DNA of 64,000 nucleotides, taken from positions 20,127-84,126 of the forward strand of contig CAZROP010000001.1 in the NCBI GenBank assembly GCA_964601935.1. The letters run 5' to 3'. This DNA is from an uncultured Candidatus Saccharibacteria bacterium. GTDB lineage: Bacteria; Patescibacteriota; Minisyncoccia; Phycocordibacterales; UBA1006. Positions 9,641-18,427 of the stretch are shown piece by piece (positions within the stretch are counted from its first letter, which is position 1; the number at the start of each line of letters is the position of its first letter). The position numbers were made by a program, and so were the translations under genes. Under the pieces are notes generated by a model that was given only the letters and a program-made list of their open reading frames with translations, was not told where the DNA came from and made no database searches.

Positions 9641-9943
9641 TTATTTTATGACTTGTCCGCTTGCTTTCGCTACGCGGACTTTTTTGCCACTCTCGACCAA
9701 AAATCCTACACGTGTCGGCTTGCCAGACTTTGGATCTTTCAATGCCACATTTGATACATGGACAGGATATTCACGAGCAACGAGCTTTTTCTCATTTCCT
9801 ACGCGTCGTACTGCATGCTTGATATTAATGCCCGAAACTACAACACGATCTGCAGTAGGTAATACCTGGAGTACTTCGCCTGTTTGTTTTTTCTGTGACC
9901 CAGTCAGTATTACTACTGTGTCTCCTTTTTTGATTTTGTTCAT
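9641..9943 (-). CDS. rplX: 50S ribosomal protein L24
   Basis: KIKKGDTVVILTG, PVHVSNV and PTRVG motifs; start at 9943. Confidence 0.95.
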   Translation of the reverse strand: MNKIKKGDTVVILTGSQKKQTGEVLQVLPTADRVVVSGINIKHAVRRVGNEKKLVAREYPVHVSNVALKDPKSGKPTRVGFLVESGKKVRVAKASGQVIK

Positions 9944-9959
9944 ATAGATTATATTTGGA

Positions 9960-10328
9960 CTACAGGACTTCAGGTGCCAATGACGCAATCTTGTTATAGC
10001 CTCGCTCCGACACTTCACGAGGAATAGGACCGAATACACGGGTACCACGAGGGTCACCCTTTCCATCAATGAGAACGATTGCGTTTTCATCGAATCGGAT
10101 ATAGGACCCATCAGGACGACGGAAGCTCGCCTTTTGGCGAACTACTACGCCTTTGTGTACTGTTCCTTTTTTAACTTGCTTGTTAGGTTCTGCGGTTTTA
10201 ATTGCAACAATTACCACATCCCCAATGTATGCATAGCGGCGTTTCGATGCACCTGGTACTTTGAATACCTGTGCTGTCGATCCACCACTGTTGTCAGCGA
10301 TGACAACTTTTGATCCGGCTTGCAACAT
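9960..10328 (-). CDS. rplN: 50S ribosomal protein L14
   Basis: ADNSG, YIRFDENA, PRGTRVFGP and SLAPEVL motifs. Confidence 0.97.
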   Translation of the reverse strand: MLQAGSKVVIADNSGGSTAQVFKVPGASKRRYAYIGDVVIVAIKTAEPNKQVKKGTVHKGVVVRQKASFRRPDGSYIRFDENAIVLIDGKGDPRGTRVFGPIPREVSERGYNKIASLAPEVL

Positions 10329-10329
10329 A

Positions 10330-10569
10330 TTAGACAACTACGCGGAAGGCAACTGTTTTTGCTACAGGTGCACATTCCTCGATTACTACTTTGCTGCCGA
10401 CCTTTGGCATTTCGCCTGCAACATGGGCTTTGTATTTCTTTGATACAGTATAGAACTTTCCGTACTTTGGATGTTTAACGAAGCGGTCAACTTTGACCAC
10501 TACCGTACTCATCATTTTGTCCGAAACCACTACACCTTCAAAACGTTTTTTATTTATTACTTTATCCAT
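10330..10569 (-). CDS. rpsQ: 30S ribosomal protein S17
   Basis: GVVVSDKM..TVVV and HPKYGK..SKKYKAH motifs. Confidence 0.95.
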   Translation of the reverse strand: MDKVINKKRFEGVVVSDKMMSTVVVKVDRFVKHPKYGKFYTVSKKYKAHVAGEMPKVGSKVVIEECAPVAKTVAFRVVV

Positions 10570-10570
10570 A

Positions 10571-10759
10571 TTATTTTGCACCAAGTGCGGTCAATGCTCG
10601 AGCAACACTTCGACGAAGCATGCGCTTTTCTGCTGGGTTCTTGCTAGATAAGGACAATGACAATGTTTCCAGTTTCTTGCGAGAATCAGTGACAAACTTT
10701 TGCAACTCGTCTGCTGATTGTGCTGTGAAATCTTCTTTCTTTGATGTTTTCTTTGACAT
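10571..10759 (-). CDS. rpmC: 50S ribosomal protein L29
   Basis: NPAEKRMLRRSVARALT motif; position between rplP and rpsQ. Confidence 0.85.
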   Translation of the reverse strand: MSKKTSKKEDFTAQSADELQKFVTDSRKKLETLSLSLSSKNPAEKRMLRRSVARALTALGAK

Positions 10760-10773
10760 AATTGTTTTTACTT

Positions 10774-10900
10774 GAGGGGTTTCAAATTTGGATGAAGATT
10801 GAAGTGAATTATGTGTGGGCGGGAGGATTGCATACATAGCGTACGATGACGACCCAAGCACATTAATTCACGAAAAGATTCACCAAATTTGGAAGCCCTT
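10774..10900. other. Long imperfect hairpin filling the rplP-rpmC spacer
   Basis: Stacked helices AGGG..CAAATTTGG/CCAAATTTG..CCCT, TGAA/TTCA, GTGAATT/AATTCAC, ATGTG/CACAT, TGGG/CCCA. Confidence 0.75.
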
Positions 10901-11333
10901 AGACGAGTGTATGTTTGTCGACGATCTTAACCTTAACTGGTAATTTTGCCCCTGCCTTGCGTAGAGCTTCGCGAGCAACTGCCTCGGAAACATTATCCAC
11001 CTCGAACAGAATGCGTCCTGGCTCTACTTCTACGCAGTAACCGTCCAAGCCTCCCTTACCCTTTCCCATTGGGACTTCTGCAGCCTTTTTGGTGATAGGG
11101 CGATCGGGGAATACGCGGATCCAGTACTTGCCCAATTTTCCGACAGTACGAGACACAACCTTACGAGCTGATTCGATCTGACGTGATGTGATGCGAGCTG
11201 GAGTGATTGCTTTTACAGCGTATGATCCAAACTGCAATTCTGTGCCACGTGTTGCAACGCGATTTGCGAGAACATCTGCATTACGGCGCCCCACCTGCCA
11301 GCGTCGGTATTTTACTTTTTTAGGAAACAACAT
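10899..11333 (-). CDS. rplP: 50S ribosomal protein L16
   Basis: MLFPKKVKYRR, RQIESAR and WIRVFPDRPITKK..MGKGKG motifs. Confidence 0.97.
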   Translation of the reverse strand: MLFPKKVKYRRWQVGRRNADVLANRVATRGTELQFGSYAVKAITPARITSRQIESARKVVSRTVGKLGKYWIRVFPDRPITKKAAEVPMGKGKGGLDGYCVEVEPGRILFEVDNVSEAVAREALRKAGAKLPVKVKIVDKHTLV

Positions 11334-11339
11334 AATTTA

Positions 11340-12041
11340 TTATGCATTTCTGCGAGCTGGCTGATTGTTCGACTCTGCGTTTGCATTCTCTAGACTGTCT
11401 CCACGGTTAATCCATACCTTGATACCGATAACACCGTAGGTCATCTTTGCGCGCTCACGAGCGTAATCGATATCAGCACGAATAAACTGTAGTGGAATTG
11501 ATCCCAGTTTTACCTCTTCTTTACGAGACATATCTGCGCCACCCAATCGTCCAGACAGAACGATACGGACACCTTTTACGCCACGTGACTGCATAACCTT
11601 TTCTGCGTTCATTTTCATGGTGCGCTTGAACTGGATACGCTTTTCTAGTTCCTGAACAATCTGTAGTGCAACAATCTTTGCATCAGATTCAGGATTAGTA
11701 ATTTCTGAAATATCGATCTTTACATCCTTTGGAATGTTCAGCTTTCGCTTTGCAGCAAATGCCAAAACGTCTTTACGGATATTAGTGATACCTTCACCTG
11801 ACCGTCCTATGACCAATCCCGGACGTGATGTCGCGATTGTTATCTTCATAGTTGAATGATCACGTTCGATAACAATATTGGAAACGAATTGAGTACGAAG
11901 CTTCTTTTCCAAGTACTCACGAACCAATACATCACCCTGCAGATAATTACGATACTCGCGTTTGGATCCTCCAACCCAGCGTGATAGCCATGGGCGTATG
12001 GTAACCAAACGTAGTGAATATGGATGAACTACTTTTGACAT
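11340..12041 (-). CDS. rpsC: 30S ribosomal protein S3
   Basis: RPGLVIGRSG, SGRLGGA and RADIDY..YGVIGIKVWI motifs. Confidence 0.97.
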   Translation of the reverse strand: MSKVVHPYSLRLVTIRPWLSRWVGGSKREYRNYLQGDVLVREYLEKKLRTQFVSNIVIERDHSTMKITIATSRPGLVIGRSGEGITNIRKDVLAFAAKRKLNIPKDVKIDISEITNPESDAKIVALQIVQELEKRIQFKRTMKMNAEKVMQSRGVKGVRIVLSGRLGGADMSRKEEVKLGSIPLQFIRADIDYARERAKMTYGVIGIKVWINRGDSLENANAESNNQPARRNA

Positions 12042-12045
12042 ACAA

Positions 12046-12372
12046 TTATTTTACAGCTAACACTACTGACACGTTACTCGTGTGTTTGTGGATTGGGTTC
12101 ACCATACCGCGCGACCTGGGCATGGATCGTTTTAACACGATACCTTTGTTTACAGTGATAGAATCTACTACCAATGTATTAGGGTCTACCTTGTAATTGT
12201 GTTCCGCATTTGATGCTGCTGACGTGATCACATTTGCGATCTGTCGGCTGGCGCGTTTTGGAGTGAATGCCAAAATAGCCAATGCCTCTGGAACACTTTT
12301 GCCTTTTACTGCGTCGGTAACGAGACGCACCTTACGAGGCGACTGACGATAGTTTTTGAGATACGCTTTCAT
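12046..12372 (-). CDS. rplV: 50S ribosomal protein L22
   Basis: RQSPRKVRLV, SA.SNAEHN and PRSRG motifs. Confidence 0.97.
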   Translation of the reverse strand: MKAYLKNYRQSPRKVRLVTDAVKGKSVPEALAILAFTPKRASRQIANVITSAASNAEHNYKVDPNTLVVDSITVNKGIVLKRSMPRSRGMVNPIHKHTSNVSVVLAVK

Positions 12373-12381
12373 ATTCTATCT

Positions 12382-12732
12382 TTATTTTTTCTTTACTGGT
12401 GATGCCGAAGAAGTTTTGGCTGCCTTTGCTGCTGCTATTTCAGCCTCTTTGCGCTTTGCATCCAATTCTTTCTGCATCTTACCACCGTGACGATGGAATG
12501 TTTTCGACGGAGCGAATTCCCCCAACCTATGTCCGATCATATCCTCGGTTACCAATACAGGGATATGCTTGCGGCCATTGTGCACAGCAAAAGTGAACCC
12601 TACGAATTCCGGTGCAATCTGGCTGGCACGTGACCAGGTTTTGATTGGTGGAGTTTGCATGGGCTCTTTGCCTGCGATTTTTTTGAAGAGCTTCCAATAA
12701 ATGAAAGGTCCCTTTTTGATGGATCGTGTCAT
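12382..12732 (-). CDS. rpsS: 30S ribosomal protein S19 with Lys/Ala-rich C-terminal extension
   Basis: [21 protein letters not shown] and MIGHRLGEF motifs. Confidence 0.97.
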   Translation of the reverse strand: MTRSIKKGPFIYWKLFKKIAGKEPMQTPPIKTWSRASQIAPEFVGFTFAVHNGRKHIPVLVTEDMIGHRLGEFAPSKTFHRHGGKMQKELDAKRKEAEIAAAKAAKTSSASPVKKK

Positions 12733-12740
12733 GTTGTGAC

Positions 12741-12827
12741 GAGAATACTCTTTCGAGTACTCTTAAATTATGGCACTAAACTATTCCTAGACTACTCAGA
12801 CAGAGGTCTGCAAGCCCGGGTTAGTGT
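12741..12827 (-). promoter_or_regulatory. Candidate structured 5' leader of the rpsS-rplE operon
   Basis: CACTAA/TTAGTG, GGGCT/AGTCT and CAGAC/GTCTG stack, then a GAGTACTC-GAAA-GAGTATTC hairpin before ATG; TAGAAT at 12837-12842. Confidence 0.5.
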
Positions 12828-12963
12828 AAAGACTAGATTCTATTAAAATGAGTTTTTGGCAATGAAATGAAGCACCCTAGTCTATAGCACAACCAACAAA
12901 TGCCGAACCCGAGCTGATATACAGCACGATAGTAATACTACTGAAAAGTGTCAATATTGCAAG

Positions 12964-13257
12964 CTATTTATCGCTTCCCCGGAAATAGTGCCCCAAGACA
13001 AAACCTATTATAGCATTAGGAATACTTGAGATCTTCAAAACGGTATCAGCAAGATCCAGCTGGGCTTTCGCAATCATATTATAAACAACAAAAACAACTA
13101 TGGAGCCACACACTATTGCAAAATATCCCTTTACAACAATCTTGGCGAGTATTGATCGAGTTTGATTATTATCCTTCACAGGGTTGTAATCGTCACTTCC
13201 CTCTATCTTTTGTGCCAATTCTGCCAACTTTGCCTCTGCGTCGCTGATTCTAGACAT
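12964..13257 (-). CDS. Hypothetical 2-TM protein
   Basis: 97 aa with two hydrophobic segments ending IIGFVLGHYF. Confidence 0.65.
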   Translation of the reverse strand: MSRISDAEAKLAELAQKIEGSDDYNPVKDNNQTRSILAKIVVKGYFAIVCGSIVVFVVYNMIAKAQLDLADTVLKISSIPNAIIGFVLGHYFRGSDK

Positions 13258-13271
13258 AGTATTTCTGGTCT

Positions 13272-13535
13272 TTAACTATTATTTTGCGAGTCAACTATGT
13301 GCTCATACGCAGAGAACAGCTTCTCCGTATTTTCTACTAGGTTTGTTATAGATTCTTCAATCTTAGAAATCTGAATTTGCAAAAGCTGCTTAGTTTCATC
13401 CGGGATCGAAACAGCAGCAGAGTCAGAAACAAGTTTTCTTAACTCTTCGGATTGACTGAGTAGCATTCTTATTGTCCTTACATTGGTCATGATGGCCTCT
13501 CTAATATTCTTATACTGCTGCTTAAGGTCTTTCAT
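13272..13535 (-). CDS. Hypothetical coiled-coil protein
   Basis: 87 aa with heptad pattern; 14 nt from the downstream gene. Confidence 0.65.
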   Translation of the reverse strand: MKDLKQQYKNIREAIMTNVRTIRMLLSQSEELRKLVSDSAAVSIPDETKQLLQIQISKIEESITNLVENTEKLFSAYEHIVDSQNNS

Positions 13536-13587
13536 ACAACAAAAGTATACATCATTATAGGTACAACAACAATCTACTTCCTAGAAA

Positions 13588-14952
13588 CTATACCCTCGGC
13601 AATTCGTATGCCTGCGCTCGTTCTGGCACAAATGCGTCATATCCATGTGTGTCACGAATAGACTGTGCCAGAGTTGCTGATGATCCCGCCTCGCCTAGTA
13701 CACAGAATACTCTCTTGCTGCGTTCGCCTATCTGACCCACAAAGTCCAGCAAATGCTGTGCATCCTTGTGCCCTGAGTACCCCATGATCATCTCTATTTT
13801 ACAGCGTACATCTACTGGCTTGCCGAATATATAGACCGGACTGACGCCTTCTTTGATCTTGCGACCCAGTGTCCCAGGCGCCTGATATCCGACGAATAGC
13901 AATGTCGTAGATTTTTCTGGCAGGTAATCCTGATGATGGAACATAATACGCCCCCCGGCCGACATACCGCTGCTGGCGATAACTACCTTTGGAGCCTGAA
14001 CTGCTCGGATTGATTTGGATTCTTCGGCCGTGCGAGTAAACCGCAGCCCCTTGAAACTGAATACATCATCATCCATCATTTCATTCTGAACATCTGTTTT
14101 CATGTACTCAGGATACTTGCGGAATACCTCAGTAACCTTGATCCCTAGTGGCGAGTCAACAAATACCGGAACTACCGGCACTTCTTTTGATTCTATCAGG
14201 TGATCGAGTTCTATCAGTAGTTCCTGAGTACGCTCTACCGAAAAAGCTGGAATCAACAGTACTCCATGATTTTTTATATTCTGCAGATATACGTCTTTCA
14301 ATTGCTGCGTGCGACCTTCTCTATCTTCATGATTGCGGTCACCATATACACTTTCGGTGACAATATAGTGTGGACGAGGAGTCTCGTTCGTGTCCGAGAG
14401 TAGTACCGATGGAGAATTACCCAGATCTCCCGTGAACAGAGTCTGAGTTCCTGCATCATCAATCAGTATCATCGATGAGCCCAGAATGTGCCCTGCATCA
14501 TACAAAGTGAATGCTACATCATCAGATAGCCTGATAGTATCCTGATAGGTTGCAGGATGCCACATTTTCATCGCCTGCGTAATATCTACTTCGGTGAATA
14601 GTGGTTCGATGCCTTCGTCTTCGAATTTGTGATACATCAAATTCAGTTCGTCCATGAGCATATGGTACCCGATATCTCTCGTTGGTTCGCTGGAATAAAT
14701 CTTGCCACGGAATCCATGTCGTACCAGTTTTGGTACACGCCCAATGTGATCCATATGTGAGTGTGTTACGAACAAGATATCTATCGACGCAGGATCGTAG
14801 GGGAAGGGTTCATAATTCCATTTTTCCTGTTCTTTTGTCCCCTGAATTAACCCGCAGTCAATCATAATACGTAACCCATTGGTTTCGTATACGAATTCTG
14901 CTCCTGCCACCAATTCTGTTCCGTTGAAAAAAGTAACCGTTGGGTTATTCAT
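13588..14952 (-). CDS. Metallo-beta-lactamase / beta-CASP ribonuclease
   Basis: IDCG, THSHMDHIG, AGHILGS, FTGDLG, ESVYGDR, SSGM..GGR and YSGHKD motifs. Confidence 0.92.
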   Translation of the reverse strand: MNNPTVTFFNGTELVAGAEFVYETNGLRIMIDCGLIQGTKEQEKWNYEPFPYDPASIDILFVTHSHMDHIGRVPKLVRHGFRGKIYSSEPTRDIGYHMLMDELNLMYHKFEDEGIEPLFTEVDITQAMKMWHPATYQDTIRLSDDVAFTLYDAGHILGSSMILIDDAGTQTLFTGDLGNSPSVLLSDTNETPRPHYIVTESVYGDRNHEDREGRTQQLKDVYLQNIKNHGVLLIPAFSVERTQELLIELDHLIESKEVPVVPVFVDSPLGIKVTEVFRKYPEYMKTDVQNEMMDDDVFSFKGLRFTRTAEESKSIRAVQAPKVVIASSGMSAGGRIMFHHQDYLPEKSTTLLFVGYQAPGTLGRKIKEGVSPVYIFGKPVDVRCKIEMIMGYSGHKDAQHLLDFVGQIGERSKRVFCVLGEAGSSATLAQSIRDTHGYDAFVPERAQAYELPRV

Positions 14953-14966
14953 AGTAAAAAATATAA

Positions 14967-15368
14967 TTATTTTGATACAGGCTGTCGATAAAACAGCACG
15001 TACCAATTAAAAGCAACAAGTGCACCTAAAGAATCGTTAATAATATCGTGGAACATATCAATGGTATCCCATCGGTATACCGGAATTAAATTATGTATGA
15101 CAATTTCATACACTTCCCACCCAATGAACGCTGCACATGCAGCTGCTCCCCATATATGCCACCAGGCATGGTGATTTACCAACTGAATGCGAGCGCCTAA
15201 ATACAGCACAAAGAACCCTATGAATATACCACCTAAAAAGTGTGTCATAACATCCCACCACCAAATTATTGAGTACAGGTGATACGAAACGCCTATCCAG
15301 TTTAGTACGAACAAAGGCACCATAACAGCCAACGCACGTTTTATGCTCCAGTCAGACAAAGGGTTCAT
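14967..15368 (-). CDS. Membrane protein with D..H / WE..E / DT..D motifs (DUF2238/VanZ-like)
   Basis: WWWDVMTHFLGG, GWEVYE and DTIDMFHDIIND motifs. Confidence 0.7.
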   Translation of the reverse strand: MNPLSDWSIKRALAVMVPLFVLNWIGVSYHLYSIIWWWDVMTHFLGGIFIGFFVLYLGARIQLVNHHAWWHIWGAAACAAFIGWEVYEIVIHNLIPVYRWDTIDMFHDIINDSLGALVAFNWYVLFYRQPVSK

Positions 15369-15477
15369 ACGATGTAAGTGTACCATATATCACAAAAGCA
15401 ATCTGTACATAACCGAAAAGTATTCAGGTATTTACTTCTTGAGTACAAAAAAAGCACTCGTGTGTGCTGTTTTTGTC

Positions 15478-15607
15478 ATCTTCCTTCTAAGACAAAGAGT
15501 GTGAGATTTAGCTCACGTGGGCACCTGATCTGACATGGCCACAGCCACGAGATACTTGTTGGTTCCCTATAAAATTGTGTTCTCAAAACTTTGTCTAGTA
15601 GGAAGAC
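15478..15607 (-). ncRNA. Rod-shaped ncRNA with an internal bubble (6S-like candidate)
   Basis: TGaTATAAT (-10 at 15614-15619); TCTTCCT/AGGAAGA, AGACAAAG/CTTTGTCT and TGAGA/TCTCA helices; bubble; apical CGTGG/CCACG stem; terminator at about 15445-15476. Confidence 0.65.
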
Positions 15608-15643
15608 TAATTCATTATATCATACTTCTTTTTGCGTCATCAA

Positions 15644-15753
15644 CATTTTGTGACCCTGACGGATTTTTACCCATTAAGGTCCCGAAAAATCCTATCCTCG
15701 TCCACCAGAAACACCCAAAATATACTTATACCTGCAATGCATGCATTATTTTG
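15644..15753 (-). repeat. Degenerate, truncated copy of the tRNA-linked antisense element (after tRNA-Lys)
   Basis: GTGTTTCTGGTGGAC (15700-15714) pairs with the tRNA-Lys 3' end using G-U pairs; hairpin at 15661-15692; GTCAGGGTCACAAAATG resembles the core left arm. Confidence 0.55.
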
Positions 15754-15825
15754 TGCCCCCGGTAGGACTCGAACCTACAACCGTCTCCTTAAGAGGGAGC
15801 TGCTCTACCATTGAGCTACAAGGGC
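15754..15825 (-). tRNA. tRNA-Lys(CTT), CCA not encoded
   Basis: GCCCTTG/CGGGGGC acceptor stem; CTCC-CTCTTAA-GGAG anticodon arm; GGTTCGAGTCC. Confidence 0.92.
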
Positions 15826-15894
15826 AATAGGTAAAAGTATACACAAAAATATCTACAATTCCAGTTCTCAATCACTATGGTACAATCTATCTAT

Positions 15895-16458
15895 ATGTTG
15901 GAGTTTTTTGCCGAATATCGATCTGTATTCATTATTGTACATGCTTTCTCTGCAGCAATAGGAATAGGCGCCACTCTGACGACCGATTTTCTATTTTTCC
16001 AGTTCTTGCGTGACTATCGGATTTCACGTATAGAATCGAAGTTATTCAGAACAGTCTCTCGTGCCTTTCCCGTATTTTTGACCATTATTATACTTTCAGG
16101 AGTGGCACTCTATTTATCCGACCCAGCAAAATATATTGAAAGCTCCAAGTTTATGACAAAAATGCTAGCAGTATTCATCATACTGTGGAATGGTGTATTC
16201 CTGCATTATTATGTATCCCCACGACTGCAGCGTCTAGATTTTCGTACTTCCAAATTTGCATCGACAAAGCGCATCGCATTTGCAAGCGGCGCGATATCAA
16301 TGACCTCTTGGATATCATCATATCTATTGGGACTATTATCGAAAATCCCATTTACCATAACAGACGGAATCATACTCTATTTCTGCCTGCTGGGAATCGG
16401 TGTCTGCGGGAGCCAAATCATATATGCACGTACCCAGAAACGAGCGCAGCAGAAATAA
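15895..16458 (+). CDS. Hypothetical multi-TM membrane protein
   Basis: About five hydrophobic segments; TACAAT 8 nt before ATG. Confidence 0.75.
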   Translation: MLEFFAEYRSVFIIVHAFSAAIGIGATLTTDFLFFQFLRDYRISRIESKLFRTVSRAFPVFLTIIILSGVALYLSDPAKYIESSKFMTKMLAVFIILWNGVFLHYYVSPRLQRLDFRTSKFASTKRIAFASGAISMTSWISSYLLGLLSKIPFTITDGIILYFCLLGIGVCGSQIIYARTQKRAQQK

Positions 16459-16497
16459 AACTAAATTTTATTTCTAACTAAATATCTTTCATAAAAA

Positions 16498-17502
16498 CTA
16501 AATATTCTGTAATTTTTCCAAAACGCGCTCAACTATTGAATCTCGGTCTAGCCCGTACTCCCGATAGAGTTCTGTCATGGTACCTGACTGGCCAAAACGA
16601 TCTTGGATACCAATACGCAACATAGGAATAGGTCGTGTTTCTGATAGATACTCCGCAATAGCACTACCGAGCCCACCTGCAACCTGGTGCTCCTCGACTG
16701 ATACAATCAATGACGCACGAGATACAACATCATCCAACATTTGGGTATCAATAGGCTTCACGGTGTGCATATTCCATACCTCTACAGAATGACCTGATTC
16801 ATCCAACTGGTGTGCAGCATAGAGAGCCTCTGCCAAAATTGGTCCACAACCAATAAATACGATATGAGGTGATTCGCTGTTGTCGCCTGCATTATCCGAA
16901 GAATAGAGTTGATATGACTTCCCTATTTGAAATGGTGTTTCCAGAGTTGTCATTACCGGGGATTTTTCACGCGCGAGCCGCAAGTAGGCTGGTGTGCGGC
17001 ACAATGATGAATCGGCGAGCGCGATAGTTGCCTTTTTCGCCTCGATTGCATCACACGGCACCACCACAGCCATGTTAGGCAGCACACGCATGAGCGCGAT
17101 GTCCTCTATAGCCTGATGGGTTCCGCCATCAGGACCAACCGACACGCCTGCATGGCTGCCAACAATTATTACTTTTCTATCGTTATAGGCAATCGTGGTT
17201 CTGATTTGCTCCCAGTTACGCCCAGGACTGAACATGGCATAGGACGAACAAAAGGGAATCTTGCCCATAGCTGCCATACCACTGGCAACAGTGACTAGAT
17301 TTTGTTCTGCAACACCAACCTGCACAAATCGCTCTGGAAATTGTTCTGCGAACAGATTCATCTGTGTAGATTCGGTCAAATCTGCACATAGTGCAACTAC
17401 CTGTGTATTTGCCTGACCTACTACCAACAAACCCTCACCGAAACCTTTTCGATTTGCAGTCATTGTGGGTTCTTCTGTAAAAAAAAGTGGATCTAGATTC
17501 AT
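16498..17502 (-). CDS. Transketolase C-terminal subunit
   Basis: ADLTEST, GVAEQN, GPDGGTHQAIED and EEHQ..GGLGS motifs. Confidence 0.93.
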   Translation of the reverse strand: MNLDPLFFTEEPTMTANRKGFGEGLLVVGQANTQVVALCADLTESTQMNLFAEQFPERFVQVGVAEQNLVTVASGMAAMGKIPFCSSYAMFSPGRNWEQIRTTIAYNDRKVIIVGSHAGVSVGPDGGTHQAIEDIALMRVLPNMAVVVPCDAIEAKKATIALADSSLCRTPAYLRLAREKSPVMTTLETPFQIGKSYQLYSSDNAGDNSESPHIVFIGCGPILAEALYAAHQLDESGHSVEVWNMHTVKPIDTQMLDDVVSRASLIVSVEEHQVAGGLGSAIAEYLSETRPIPMLRIGIQDRFGQSGTMTELYREYGLDRDSIVERVLEKLQNI

Positions 17503-17516
17503 ATAATATTATCAGA

Positions 17517-18350
17517 CTATGCGAAGAGCTTTTTTAATTCGTTGATCCATGATATTTCCTGTTCTTTGTTGGGTGGTTTGCCATGCCAGTGATAATCCCG
17601 TTCTATTTCTGAAATACCTTTTCCTGCAATAGTGTGTGCAATAATAACGCTTGGTCTATTAGTGATAGTCTTTGCAAGATTCACCGCATTTATAATGGAC
17701 TGAATATTATGCCCATCAATTTCTATTACATGCCAGTTGAAGGCCTCCCACTTTGCGACTAGATTCTCCAATGGCATGACGTCTTCGGTATTACCATCTA
17801 TCTGAATATTATTTCTATCAACAATTACGATCAGGTTACCAATGCGCTCTTTTGCTGCCAACATAATAGCCTCCCAGTTATTCCCTTCGTTTAACTCTCC
17901 ATCCCCCATTAAACAATAGAACCATTTTTTTGTTCGTAGATTATCTATTCGATCTGCCAACGCCATACCGACAGCCTGCGACAGCCCGCTGCCCAGCGGA
18001 CCTGATGAAGTCTCCACACACGACAGAAACTCACGATGTGGGTGACCCTGTAGTCGTGATCCGAATTTCCGCAATGTGCGCAATTCCTCTACTGGAAAGT
18101 AACCCGTGTGTGCCAAGGTTGCGTAATACACCGGACATATATGACCATTAGACAATACAAGTCTATCTCTATCAGCCCAGTCAGGATTATTCGGTTTGTG
18201 ATTCAGTATATTGAAGTACAACGCAGTAAATACATCCGCCATATCGAGTGGCCCCGAAGTGTGCCCACTTCCGGCATCTTCTAACATATCAATGATGCTG
18301 ATTCGGATTTCTTGTGCCTTTATTCGCAGTTCATCAATGGAATAGTTCAT
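17517..18350 (-). CDS. Transketolase N-terminal subunit
   Basis: GSGH, DRDRLVLSNGH, LQGHP and the TPP motif GDGELNEG..DRN. Confidence 0.93.
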   Translation of the reverse strand: MNYSIDELRIKAQEIRISIIDMLEDAGSGHTSGPLDMADVFTALYFNILNHKPNNPDWADRDRLVLSNGHICPVYYATLAHTGYFPVEELRTLRKFGSRLQGHPHREFLSCVETSSGPLGSGLSQAVGMALADRIDNLRTKKWFYCLMGDGELNEGNNWEAIMLAAKERIGNLIVIVDRNNIQIDGNTEDVMPLENLVAKWEAFNWHVIEIDGHNIQSIINAVNLAKTITNRPSVIIAHTIAGKGISEIERDYHWHGKPPNKEQEISWINELKKLFA

Positions 18351-18383
18351 ATAGATAGTATAGCGTATGTGGTCTTAAAAATG

Positions 18384-18416
18384 AAGAAAATCCAGTACTC
18401 TAGACTGGATTTTCTT
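18384..18416 (-). terminator. Intrinsic terminator
   Basis: AAGAAAATCCAGT/ACTGGATTTTCTT inverted repeat after the stop at 18428. Confidence 0.7.
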
Positions 18417-18427
18417 TTTGTGACAAG

